34,193 nucleotides of DNA from a virus. The stretch is from IMG/VR virus record IMGVR_UViG_3300045988_182940, positions 1 to 34,193 of that record. One strand, written 5' to 3'. The notes below the pieces were generated by a model that was not told where the DNA came from, did not search any database, and was given only the letters and a program-made list of their open reading frames with translations. The first letter of the stretch is position 1; the number at the start of each line of letters is the position of its first letter. Below, one piece after another: positions 6,642-14,866 of the stretch. A program made the position numbers and the translations under genes.

Positions 6642-8348
6642 GTGCTTATGGAAATTATAGACGATAAAAATTTTATGCCGCTCGGAGTTGGGAGCGAATT
6701 ATCCGCAGACAGTTTCAAAGTCGTGCAGTATTCAAACACATACTTGCTTGCCGCTCCGCGTTATTACACTTTTTACGCTTCGTATATCAAGCCTCTTGTC
6801 GGAATGTATACGGGCTGGATAGAGGGTTTCCACAATCTCGACTACGGCGTTATACCGACAAAGTTCTTGCAGAAGATAGGCAACGGGATAAAGAGCCTTT
6901 TGTTCTCGAATCCCGTCGTGCTTAACTCGTACAATCCCGACACGAACAACATAATCGATACGAAGTTCAAGAAAAAGAGCAATTTCGACAATGCAAAAAT
7001 CGAAGCGTACGATTTCTGCGAGGCAGGCGGTACGGGACTGTTAAAGCTCAATCGCGACGGTAACGGTGATTTGCGGTTTGAAGCAATACCAATGGACAAG
7101 TTCTTTATCGAAGTTGACGGCTACGGAGATATAGAGCGCGTTAAGTGCTTTATAGCGACTTATCACGACACTATATCGGCGACGACAGAGTATCACTTAT
7201 GCGAGGAGCGGTTCTTCAAATACACAACTATCGGAAGCGTTAAAAAGCGTTTCCCAATGGTGCATTATACGGTTTATCAGACCACGACGAATATTACATA
7301 CGACGCTGTACCGACAAACCCCGTGCGTTGGGCAGACGTTCCGCCCGAAGTAAGAAACAGCCTTAAACGCGATTACGGCGAAATCGATATAGACAAAACC
7401 GACGCATACACGATGACGAACGATTCGTCAAGGCAGTACGCAACAATGTGGCAGAACTGCACGCTGTTACCATTCGACGACGATTTAGGCGTAAGGCTGA
7501 TAAAATTCACTCGTAATATTCCGTCGTTTCCGAAAATGCCGTTCGGTATGCCGCTTGCGGACTTTCTGCAAAACGAACTGTATCAGTATGAGCAGTTAAA
7601 ATTCTTCGAGCGTGTGGAAGTATATACGGCACGCGCAAGGGTAATGATGGACGACTGCAACAGCAACCCGAACGACCCCGAAGAAAGACGGCGTGCGCTT
7701 GACCCGATAATCTTCAATTACTACGAGAATTTACTTAACGGCGAGAAAGACGGCAAGCCGCTCCCGATACAGCCTGAACTACGAGCGGACGAGATAAAGA
7801 CGCAAAAACAGAATATTTTGAACGACACGGCGGCGGCACTCGGGTTATCGAGTACTACGATAGCAAGTTGGCTATCAGACGGCACGACGCAGAAATCCGC
7901 TACGGAAATCAAAGCGGGACGAAGCAACACCGAAACGTTCATCAAAGACAAGATAGGTATCATATCACAGCCCTTGCAGGACTTGATTGATATCTATTTT
8001 CATTATTACGGGGTCGAGGCTCCCGAAATGCGTATTATGCCCGTAAGCCAAGAGATACAGGCAGAAGAGATACAGCAGTACGCAGAATTGTACGACGGCG
8101 GAAAGGTTACTGCTCGTATGCTTGCCGAAAAGATACTCGGCACTAACTCTTACAGGGAAACAAAAGACCTCGAAGAATTTATTATTTCTCACAGTAACAA
8201 AGCGCAAATGCCAATGGGCGGCGGTTTACCGCAAGAGAGCGGAGCGGCGGAGAACCCAAAACCGACGACTCAAAACACAAATGCGACGTTAAATAAAACA
8301 GCACAAGGAGGGCTGGCTAATGGCACTGATAAAATCAATGTTGGATAA
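6642..8348 (+). CDS. Portal protein (probable); the ATG at 6648, with GAGG 5 nt upstream, is the likelier start
   Basis: About 566 aa ORF after terL and immediately before the scaffold and capsid genes. The call rests on size and position only. Confidence 0.7.
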   Translation: MLMEIIDDKNFMPLGVGSELSADSFKVVQYSNTYLLAAPRYYTFYASYIKPLVGMYTGWIEGFHNLDYGVIPTKFLQKIGNGIKSLLFSNPVVLNSYNPDTNNIIDTKFKKKSNFDNAKIEAYDFCEAGGTGLLKLNRDGNGDLRFEAIPMDKFFIEVDGYGDIERVKCFIATYHDTISATTEYHLCEERFFKYTTIGSVKKRFPMVHYTVYQTTTNITYDAVPTNPVRWADVPPEVRNSLKRDYGEIDIDKTDAYTMTNDSSRQYATMWQNCTLLPFDDDLGVRLIKFTRNIPSFPKMPFGMPLADFLQNELYQYEQLKFFERVEVYTARARVMMDDCNSNPNDPEERRRALDPIIFNYYENLLNGEKDGKPLPIQPELRADEIKTQKQNILNDTAAALGLSSTTIASWLSDGTTQKSATEIKAGRSNTETFIKDKIGIISQPLQDLIDIYFHYYGVEAPEMRIMPVSQEIQAEEIQQYAELYDGGKVTARMLAEKILGTNSYRETKDLEEFIISHSNKAQMPMGGGLPQESGAAENPKPTTQNTNATLNKTAQGGLANGTDKINVG

Positions 8349-8988
8349 ATTGATTGCCGAACTGAAAAAAGCACCTCCCGAGGTAAAGAGCGAACTTAAA
8401 AGCGCACTCGGCGAGGAAACCGTAACCGCTCCCGAAGTTAAGGAAGAAACCGAAACGGACGGAAACGGCGAAAACAGCGCAGAAAAGGAAGTTGCAACCG
8501 ACGAAACGCAAGCAACCGAGGAAACGACCGCAGAAGAAGAAACGCCCGAAAATGGCGAAAATACGGAGCCTGAGAAAGAAACCGAAGAAGAGGAAACCGA
8601 AGAAGAGGAAACCGAAAAGGTCAGAACGGAAGCTCCCGAAACGGAAGAAGAACCGGTTATGCAGAAAGGCGTTGAAGCGGAAGAGAGCGACGACACGGGC
8701 GACGGAGAAACCGAAGCGATAGCGGAAACCGCTCCCGAAGAAACCGAAGAGGTCGAGGGCAACATTCCCGAAATGCGCAACGAACCTGCCGTAGAAGAAT
8801 CGGAGATGCCTGCCGATTACGAGGCTATTATTGACGGCTTGAACGCGAAAATACTTGCGTTACAGGCTGAAAATCAGAAGTTAAAGGCAAAAACCGAGGG
8901 TGCGTTCGGGTATTCGTCCAAAATCGGCGGAGCGGTTAAACACAACTGCCTGTATGACGATTGCGACGGATTGAAAATGCACAAATAA
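8320..8988 (+). CDS. Scaffolding protein (probable), highly acidic and E/T-rich with a C-terminal coiled coil
   Basis: Lies between portal and capsid. ETEEEETEEEETEK low-complexity region and LNAKILALQAENQKLKAK helix. GGAGGG SD. Confidence 0.6.
   Translation: MALIKSMLDKLIAELKKAPPEVKSELKSALGEETVTAPEVKEETETDGNGENSAEKEVATDETQATEETTAEEETPENGENTEPEKETEEEETEEEETEKVRTEAPETEEEPVMQKGVEAEESDDTGDGETEAIAETAPEETEEVEGNIPEMRNEPAVEESEMPADYEAIIDGLNAKILALQAENQKLKAKTEGAFGYSSKIGGAVKHNCLYDDCDGLKMHK
8578..8619 (+). repeat. 15-nt tandem repeat (gaaaccgaagaagag, about 2.8 copies) inside the scaffold gene
   Basis: Read directly; encodes ETEEE ETEEE ETEK. Confidence 0.85.
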
Positions 8989-9009
8989 TTTTTCAGGAGA
9001 ATAAAAAAC

Positions 9010-10287
9010 ATGTCACTTTTTAACCTTAACAACCAGCAGGTCGCAAGACTGACCTCTAAAACCGTTTACAAGAATCTGTATCAGGATATTATCCACAAGG
9101 ACGGATTCGGTATCACCGACAGATTCGTAACCCCCGAACAGACCAAAGCCGCAATGATTGATATTTTCGTCCCGATTCCTATCGGCGGCAGATTCCGTAT
9201 GCGCGGCGCAAGCTCCAATGGCGAATGGGCTAATACCAACAACGCGCCCAACGCGAACAAACAGCGCAATCACGTTCTGTCAAGACGTTTCACTATCGAT
9301 ATCCTCAAAAGATACGACTTCAACATTGCCGTTTCTGAGGACGAAATCGAAATGACCGGAGCGGCAAGCCTCAACGAATCGTTCGAGCAGATTTGTCGTG
9401 AACAGATTGAGCAGGATATCGCAATCAACATAAACGGCTATACTTTCGCGGCACAGGTGTTTGCGTTCTTCACCGAATCGTTCGCGGCGGCTTACGCAAA
9501 AGGCTCTTCGGCGGCGGCGACGGATATTACCGACGCAGAAGTCAAAGCGGCACTCGAAAAGTACACTTACGATTCGACCAACAGAACGGGCGCAATCCGT
9601 GCGTTCAAGATTTCCAACGCAAAAGTAAGCAAAGGCGACAGCAAACTGTATGCGGATTACTTCCCGGCAGACGCAAGACAGGCGTTCCTGTTCGACCCGA
9701 TTTATCTTGTAGACCTTTCCGAAACCGCTTCGATGTCCGCTTCCGACGTTGCAACCCGTATGCTTGCAGGCGGCGGAATGAACGCGTTCACTTCCGAGAA
9801 AAAGACCGTTGCAGACTTCCAGAAAGGCTATGTCGGTTGGCTCGACGGTATGCCTTTGTATGAAGTAAGCCAGCAGGTCAAAAATGCCGCTTGGTATTAC
9901 TTGGGACTTGACACGACCGATGACGCAACCGTTATAGGATATCTCAACGATATTCAGGCGATGATTGCACCTGCAAACGCAACCGTTCGCGGACTGCGCC
10001 CCACTTCGTTCAAAACCGTAGACGACCCCGATACTCAGGGCGTCATTATTCAGCCTAAGGTCAATATGGGCGTTCGTTGCCTTTCCGGTACCGCTCTTAA
10101 ATGCGTCGTGTCCGGTACCGAGTGGACGGGTGCCACTTCCAACGTGGACAACGCAAAAACCACTATCGTTGCTATTCTCAAAGCAATCAATATGGTTCTG
10201 CCCAACCTCTCGTACGACAACGACAACAAGGTCGCACAGGCTTCCACTTTGACCTCTAAGGCAGACGGAACTCAGACCCTTGCGTAA
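9010..10287 (+). CDS. Major capsid protein (probable)
   Basis: 425 aa ORF directly after the scaffold, with an AGGAG SD. Size and position are typical. A stem-loop follows the next small gene. Confidence 0.7.
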   Translation: MSLFNLNNQQVARLTSKTVYKNLYQDIIHKDGFGITDRFVTPEQTKAAMIDIFVPIPIGGRFRMRGASSNGEWANTNNAPNANKQRNHVLSRRFTIDILKRYDFNIAVSEDEIEMTGAASLNESFEQICREQIEQDIAININGYTFAAQVFAFFTESFAAAYAKGSSAAATDITDAEVKAALEKYTYDSTNRTGAIRAFKISNAKVSKGDSKLYADYFPADARQAFLFDPIYLVDLSETASMSASDVATRMLAGGGMNAFTSEKKTVADFQKGYVGWLDGMPLYEVSQQVKNAAWYYLGLDTTDDATVIGYLNDIQAMIAPANATVRGLRPTSFKTVDDPDTQGVIIQPKVNMGVRCLSGTALKCVVSGTEWTGATSNVDNAKTTIVAILKAINMVLPNLSYDNDNKVAQASTLTSKADGTQTLA

Positions 10288-10633
10288 GTTAAACCTTTTT
10301 GGAGAAGATACAAGTCGGCTCGTCGGTGTGCTTTACGGGCATAACGGGAGCGGAAAAGTCTATAACTATTTAGGCAAAAAAACGCTCAGAACGGGCGACT
10401 TGGTTACTCCGGAAGTTACTCACCCGGTATCGGGTAAGACTTACAAAACACTCGGCAGAATAGTGTACACGCGCGACGCAAACGGTGCGCCTGCCGAACA
10501 AACACTCGACAAATTATCCGACGAATTTGTTATGCTCAAAACATTAGGTTCGACCGACCAACGGTCACTGCCCGGCTACTACCCCGGGTGGGGAGATGAC
10601 ACAATGCACAAGCTTAACACGTTCGGCGAGTAA
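10280..10633 (+). CDS. Hypothetical 117-aa protein, with a TTG start overlapping the capsid stop, or a later GTG start
   Basis: ORF track. No clear SD. The N-terminal KLNLFGED and C-terminal KLNTFGE motifs resemble each other. Confidence 0.45.
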   Translation: MRKLNLFGEDTSRLVGVLYGHNGSGKVYNYLGKKTLRTGDLVTPEVTHPVSGKTYKTLGRIVYTRDANGAPAEQTLDKLSDEFVMLKTLGSTDQRSLPGYYPGWGDDTMHKLNTFGE

Positions 10634-10659
10634 TTACTCTCCATTTTCCCCTATTAAAG

Positions 10660-10690
10660 GAGCGGCGGTTTCCCTCAATTCCCGTCGCTC
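10660..10690 (+). other. Stem-loop after the capsid block (9-bp stem including one G-U pair, 13-nt loop); possible partial terminator or RNA-processing site
   Basis: GAGCGGCGG (10660-10668) pairs with CCGTCGCTC (10682-10690). There is no strong U-tract. Confidence 0.3.
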
Positions 10691-10753
10691 TTATGCCGTT
10701 AAGAGTATAGCCGTGCAACTCGGCAAAACGGCAACAACACACGGAGGTTTATT

Positions 10754-11215
10754 ATGTTAGATACCACATATCCGCTCAGCGACGACGCAATGGTGTACGA
10801 CTACACCAAACACAGATACATACTCACGCCTGAGTACGTGCTTAACAATCTCGGCATAGACTTATACGAGAAAATGGGCGGCAAACGTACGGTCAATACA
10901 ACTACGGCTATAAACGTGCTTTTGGACAACCGCATTTCGTTCAAGATTTATTCGGCGATATACGCTCATCAGGACAAGCAACTTATGGAGTATATCCTTG
11001 CGAAAAGTCCGTCTGCGCGTAAAGTCCTGCTCGAAGCAATGAGTAATCAATTGCTCGACCTTGTAACTTACGGCGAAAAAGAGAAAGAGCAAGTTTCTCA
11101 AACCACTTATAACGCGCTTTTACAGCCGATAGACGAAACGGGCAAGTCGGTTTTGTATAGGATTTACAGAGGTTTTTTAACCTACATCCCGACTTACGAA
11201 GAGGGGCATTACTGA
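10754..11215 (+). CDS. Hypothetical virion protein, possibly a head-tail connector/adaptor (by position)
   Basis: 153 aa; GGAGG SD; first gene after the capsid block. Confidence 0.4.
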   Translation: MLDTTYPLSDDAMVYDYTKHRYILTPEYVLNNLGIDLYEKMGGKRTVNTTTAINVLLDNRISFKIYSAIYAHQDKQLMEYILAKSPSARKVLLEAMSNQLLDLVTYGEKEKEQVSQTTYNALLQPIDETGKSVLYRIYRGFLTYIPTYEEGHY

Positions 11216-11216
11216 T

Positions 11217-11837
11217 ATGGATATAACGGATTTTCTCGCTCACGACCGCAAAAAAGAGTTTTTGGTCGGGTATTACAAAAACAGCGAATCCGCGCCCGAA
11301 GCGTATTTTGAGTACGGCATAGAAAGCGACAAAACAACGGCGTACAATATGCTTATCAAAAACGTTATGTCCGCACGGTCGAATATGATTATTCATACGA
11401 CGTGGGATATGGGCTGGGACACGCTCGGTTTCGTTGAATTACAAGACGGCACCGATTGGCAGGTTGTAGACTATACCACGAGATTGACAAAGCATAATCC
11501 TAACGTTTTACGCATTATAAAGAGCAATCCGGCGACGGAATACGTCTTGTCGCTCGTAGCGGTAGACAATCCGTTGAAAAAGTTCAGAAACGAATATCAA
11601 TTGTATATAACGGGTGTAACGGTTAAAGTCAACGAACATTACATCCCCGAAAATTACATTCTGCAAAACGGCGACAAGATAGAAGTTTTTGGTTATGGCC
11701 AGAAATTCAACGTCAACGACACAGAATACGATAACGGAGCGGACATTATCATTAAAAACCAAAATATCAGCATTTCGGGAACGGGTTCCGCAGTAAACCA
11801 TAGTTCGATGAAAATACTTTTCAGACAAACCGATTAA
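11217..11837 (+). CDS. Hypothetical virion protein (206 aa)
   Basis: ORF track; packed tightly in the late operon. Confidence 0.5.
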   Translation: MDITDFLAHDRKKEFLVGYYKNSESAPEAYFEYGIESDKTTAYNMLIKNVMSARSNMIIHTTWDMGWDTLGFVELQDGTDWQVVDYTTRLTKHNPNVLRIIKSNPATEYVLSLVAVDNPLKKFRNEYQLYITGVTVKVNEHYIPENYILQNGDKIEVFGYGQKFNVNDTEYDNGADIIIKNQNISISGTGSAVNHSSMKILFRQTD

Positions 11838-11894
11838 GTACCGAAATAACGCCGAAAATCAGCCCGTAACGGGTTTTAAGGAGAAAAACGTGAA

Positions 11895-12266
11895 ATGACA
11901 AGGGAACAATTTCAAAAAAGTTGCAACACGGCATTTTCCGCTTTTAAGGACTATGTGCCGAACCCGAAAACGAGAGGGAGCGGATATTACATAAACAAGT
12001 ACGGTCACAGGTGTAAATGCTCGACGGGCAATATGGCATTTAATGCGTCGAAGATAGAGTTCACCGACGACAGGACGTGCAACATTTATGTGGACGAGAA
12101 TATCGCACCGTATGTGCCGTACACTAATGAAAAATGGGTTTCGCCGAAATGGAAAGGAAAAAAGAACCCGAATGAGGGTTGGTTCGGTCGTGCGACTTAT
12201 GTCGTAGCAAAGAACATCGGTAGACAATTCAGAGTAAGACCGGGGTCAATAAGGAGAATAAGATGA
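11895..12266 (+). CDS. Hypothetical head-tail joining protein (HK97 gp10-like TGNMAFNA motif; weak)
   Basis: 123 aa. The position and the STGNMAFNA segment recall tail-completion/gp10-family proteins. Confidence 0.35.
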   Translation: MTREQFQKSCNTAFSAFKDYVPNPKTRGSGYYINKYGHRCKCSTGNMAFNASKIEFTDDRTCNIYVDENIAPYVPYTNEKWVSPKWKGKKNPNEGWFGRATYVVAKNIGRQFRVRPGSIRRIR

Positions 12267-13165
12267 TTTCGATACAGACAATAGCAGAGAGATTGACAAA
12301 GGATTTAAACGCGCTTGCGCCCGAAAACGTAGAGTTCGTGATAATGGGCGACGGCGGCAGTTATGTTCCGTCGATAAGAAAGCTGCGCTCGAATATCGTC
12401 ATACAGCGTGTAGACGGCGAAGCGGATATTATATCTTCGACAATTACGCCTGTTAATGGCATAATTGTTGCAACGCAAACGGTGGGAGTGTCGGTGTGCG
12501 TGCGTATCGATAAAAGCAAAGGCTTTGACGAAAGCGTGAGATATATTCGCGAAGCGATAGCAACGTATATGAGTACGCCCGTCGTGTTCGACGATACCGT
12601 TACAGATGACAAGGGCAATGAACAAACCTACACCGTGACTATGTACGGCTCACAGCCCGAAGCAGGCTCGCGAGAAGTGCGGCAGAATTACGGCGACAGC
12701 ATTGATTACAACTGGGTATGCAATTTTTCGATTGTGCAAAACGGCGTAAACAGTCAGAATCAGTCGGTAACGTTCGAGGGAGAGCCGATACCGTTCACAA
12801 GCCTTGTATTGACGCGAGTACCCGTGACCGACGGCGGCGCGTTCAGCAATACGAATGGCGTAGCGAAGTCGTGGCACTCGACTACGGCTTTACAGGTGAC
12901 CGTGACGGTGCCTGCTCTTACCAACAATAACCTTACCAAAGAACACGCTGACTATGTGATAAACGGCACCGAAAAGGTGTATGACGTCGTGATTAAATTC
13001 AGCGAACTGACTACGACCGGCGCGGACGGTAAAGCCGTCGTAAAAGAGAACAAAAAACGAATGATATTCGACGTGGGAAGCATAACGGCGCAACAGATAA
13101 ACAACGTCGGTATGGAAATAAACCTGTTGGAATACTTCGAGCCGAATGTTTCGGAGGAGGCGTGA
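12263..13165 (+). CDS. Hypothetical structural protein, possibly a tail tube or major tail protein (by position)
   Basis: 300 aa; AAGGAG SD; overlaps the upstream stop. Confidence 0.4.
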   Translation: MISIQTIAERLTKDLNALAPENVEFVIMGDGGSYVPSIRKLRSNIVIQRVDGEADIISSTITPVNGIIVATQTVGVSVCVRIDKSKGFDESVRYIREAIATYMSTPVVFDDTVTDDKGNEQTYTVTMYGSQPEAGSREVRQNYGDSIDYNWVCNFSIVQNGVNSQNQSVTFEGEPIPFTSLVLTRVPVTDGGAFSNTNGVAKSWHSTTALQVTVTVPALTNNNLTKEHADYVINGTEKVYDVVIKFSELTTTGADGKAVVKENKKRMIFDVGSITAQQINNVGMEINLLEYFEPNVSEEA

Positions 13166-13166
13166 T

Positions 13167-13655
13167 ATGGCGGACGGCAGACAATACACAATAACCATAT
13201 ACGACAAAACGACGGGGCAAGGCTCTCCGATAGCGGGCGAGCAAAACGACGGCAAGGACACGAAGAACGACGATTCCGCGCCCGATAAAGGCGAAGTCGC
13301 TTTCAATTGGATGTCGCTTAAACGCGTAGCGAACTACGCTAAACGCGCTATATCCTACGAAATATCTACCGTTAGTTTAAGAACGGGCGAGAACGAACGT
13401 CAACAGCGCATGCAGTTCACCTACGATATTTTAGGACAAACGAGCAGTGCTATTACGAATATAGTCATCGGGGCAAAGGTCGGCGGAGCGTACGGAGCGA
13501 TTGCCGCGGCGGCTTATACCGTTGTTGAAACGAGCATAAGCATAGGACAGAAAATAGACAGGTTCAATCTTCAAAAGAATTTGGAAAACGTTTCGCTCGG
13601 CTTTGCGAGAACGCGGAGCGGCGATTCGCTTGCTTACATAAACGGCGGAAGATAA
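13167..13655 (+). CDS. Hypothetical 162-aa protein with a Gly/Ala-rich hydrophobic segment (VIGAKVGGAYGAIAAAAYTVV)
   Basis: Internal ATG of the 13146 ORF, preceded by GGAGGAGG. Confidence 0.5.
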   Translation: MADGRQYTITIYDKTTGQGSPIAGEQNDGKDTKNDDSAPDKGEVAFNWMSLKRVANYAKRAISYEISTVSLRTGENERQQRMQFTYDILGQTSSAITNIVIGAKVGGAYGAIAAAAYTVVETSISIGQKIDRFNLQKNLENVSLGFARTRSGDSLAYINGGR

Positions 13656-13670
13656 AAGGAGAAAAGGACA

Positions 13671-14372
13671 ATGAAGAAAAAATCTTTGATAATTCTGTTT
13701 GCCGTCGTTATTGCGCTGATGATGTTCCCGATACTATGGCAAATACAAATAGTCAAGGACTACAAATACGAGTACGAATGGCGAAATGAGGCATATGAGC
13801 AGGACGTTGCAAGCGGCGTTGTTCAGGACGAAGAAAAGATGAACGCTTGGCTTGGCAGATATAAAACTAAATGGGTAATGCAAAGCGTAGTGCTTGCATT
13901 GCTCGTTGTGGGTGAATTTGCTTTAATATGTGTCGAAATAATAACCATATTCCCGAAAATACTTTTTCCGAAAACTACCGCTATAATACTGCTATGCGTA
14001 GGTGCTATGTGCGCTATATGTTTATTCCCGCAAGGCGGAAGAGCGAAACAAACAAAGCAAGAGTATAACTCGTGGGCTAAACTCAACACCTGCGGACTTG
14101 CCAACGTCGAAAGGGATAAACAAACGATGATGAATATTTGGGGCAACACGCTCACGGGCGACATTATTGCCGAAATATCCTACGGTGTTCTATGTCTTGG
14201 AACACTTGCGGGCGTGTGTATCGTGTACTCCGAACGGCTTCTTTTCTACAAAAACGCAATCACGCACAAAAACCTCGTACAAACGGAAGAAAAGCCGACA
14301 TTTTACGAAGAATTACCCGATTTTGACGACGCATACAACGAAATTTTAAGAAAAAACGAAAAACAGGGCTAA
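13671..14372 (+). CDS. Polytopic membrane protein (about 4 TM) embedded in the tail module; accessory candidate
   Basis: AAAGGAG SD. Hydrophobic helices at about residues 5-23, 68-95, 103-120 and 165-187. Confidence 0.6.
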   Translation: MKKKSLIILFAVVIALMMFPILWQIQIVKDYKYEYEWRNEAYEQDVASGVVQDEEKMNAWLGRYKTKWVMQSVVLALLVVGEFALICVEIITIFPKILFPKTTAIILLCVGAMCAICLFPQGGRAKQTKQEYNSWAKLNTCGLANVERDKQTMMNIWGNTLTGDIIAEISYGVLCLGTLAGVCIVYSERLLFYKNAITHKNLVQTEEKPTFYEELPDFDDAYNEILRKNEKQG

Positions 14373-14408
14373 AACGCTTGACTGATAGCAAAATATATTG
14401 TATTTATA

Positions 14409-14417
14409 TGCTATAAT
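14409..14417 (+). promoter_or_regulatory. TG-extended -10 element (TGcTATAAT) upstream of the 14445 gene
   Basis: TATAAT at 14412-14417 with TG at 14409-14410. TTGACT at 14378-14383 is too far away (28 nt) to serve as its -35. Confidence 0.45.
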
Positions 14418-14444
14418 TCATTTTATAAAAGGAGAAAAGTAAGT

Positions 14445-14822
14445 ATGAAAAAGAGGGTAATTTTAGGCATTATTTTAATAATAATAGCGATAGGCGGGAC
14501 TGCAACTATAAATATTATAGGAAGAACATACTTCTGTGATTATACAAATAACAACCGTTGTTTTAGGTTTCTTTCAGACGGGACTTGCGAAGAAAAAAGA
14601 CAAGGCGAAGCCGAGTATTCCAATCGAGGATATTATTATCACGTTGTTGATAACGGTGGCAGAGATATAAATCCATATTGTGTCACCATTAACGGCACAA
14701 AATATTGGAACGGAATGACAATTTTTATTCAAATTGTACTTGGGACAATGTTTATTGTAGGTATTTGCAAATTAACAATAGCCGCTTCATTAAGAGCGAA
14801 AAACGAAGAAAAGAAAGAGTAA
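14445..14822 (+). CDS. 125-aa bitopic membrane protein with a Cys-containing middle domain; moron-type accessory gene
   Basis: AAAGGAG SD. N-terminal TM VILGIILIIIAIGGTATINII and C-terminal TM IFIQIVLGTMFIVGICKLTI. AT-rich. Flanked by its own -10 element and a strong terminator. Confidence 0.65.
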   Translation: MKKRVILGIILIIIAIGGTATINIIGRTYFCDYTNNNRCFRFLSDGTCEEKRQGEAEYSNRGYYYHVVDNGGRDINPYCVTINGTKYWNGMTIFIQIVLGTMFIVGICKLTIAASLRAKNEEKKE

Positions 14823-14827
14823 AATAC

Positions 14828-14853
14828 AGCAAGCCGAAAGGCTTGCTTTTTTA
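14828..14853 (+). terminator. Strong intrinsic terminator inside the late operon
   Basis: AGCAAGCC (14828-14835), a GAAA loop, then GGCTTGCT (14840-14847) followed by a T-run. Confidence 0.85.
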
Positions 14854-14866
14854 ATAGGAGAATGTA

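Noticed and set aside
8289-8780. 163-aa Ser-rich ORF on the minus strand, and a 76-aa Lys/Arg-rich ORF (8492-8722) on the plus strand
   Set aside because: Both are alternative-frame shadows of the GAA/ACC-rich acidic region of the scaffold gene. They are low-complexity, lack an SD and are fully contained in a better gene.
11861-11877. Small hairpin GCCCG-taa-CGGGT followed by TTTT between the 206-aa and 123-aa genes
   Set aside because: The stem is only 5 bp, including a G-U pair, with a 3-nt loop. That is too weak to call a terminator with confidence.
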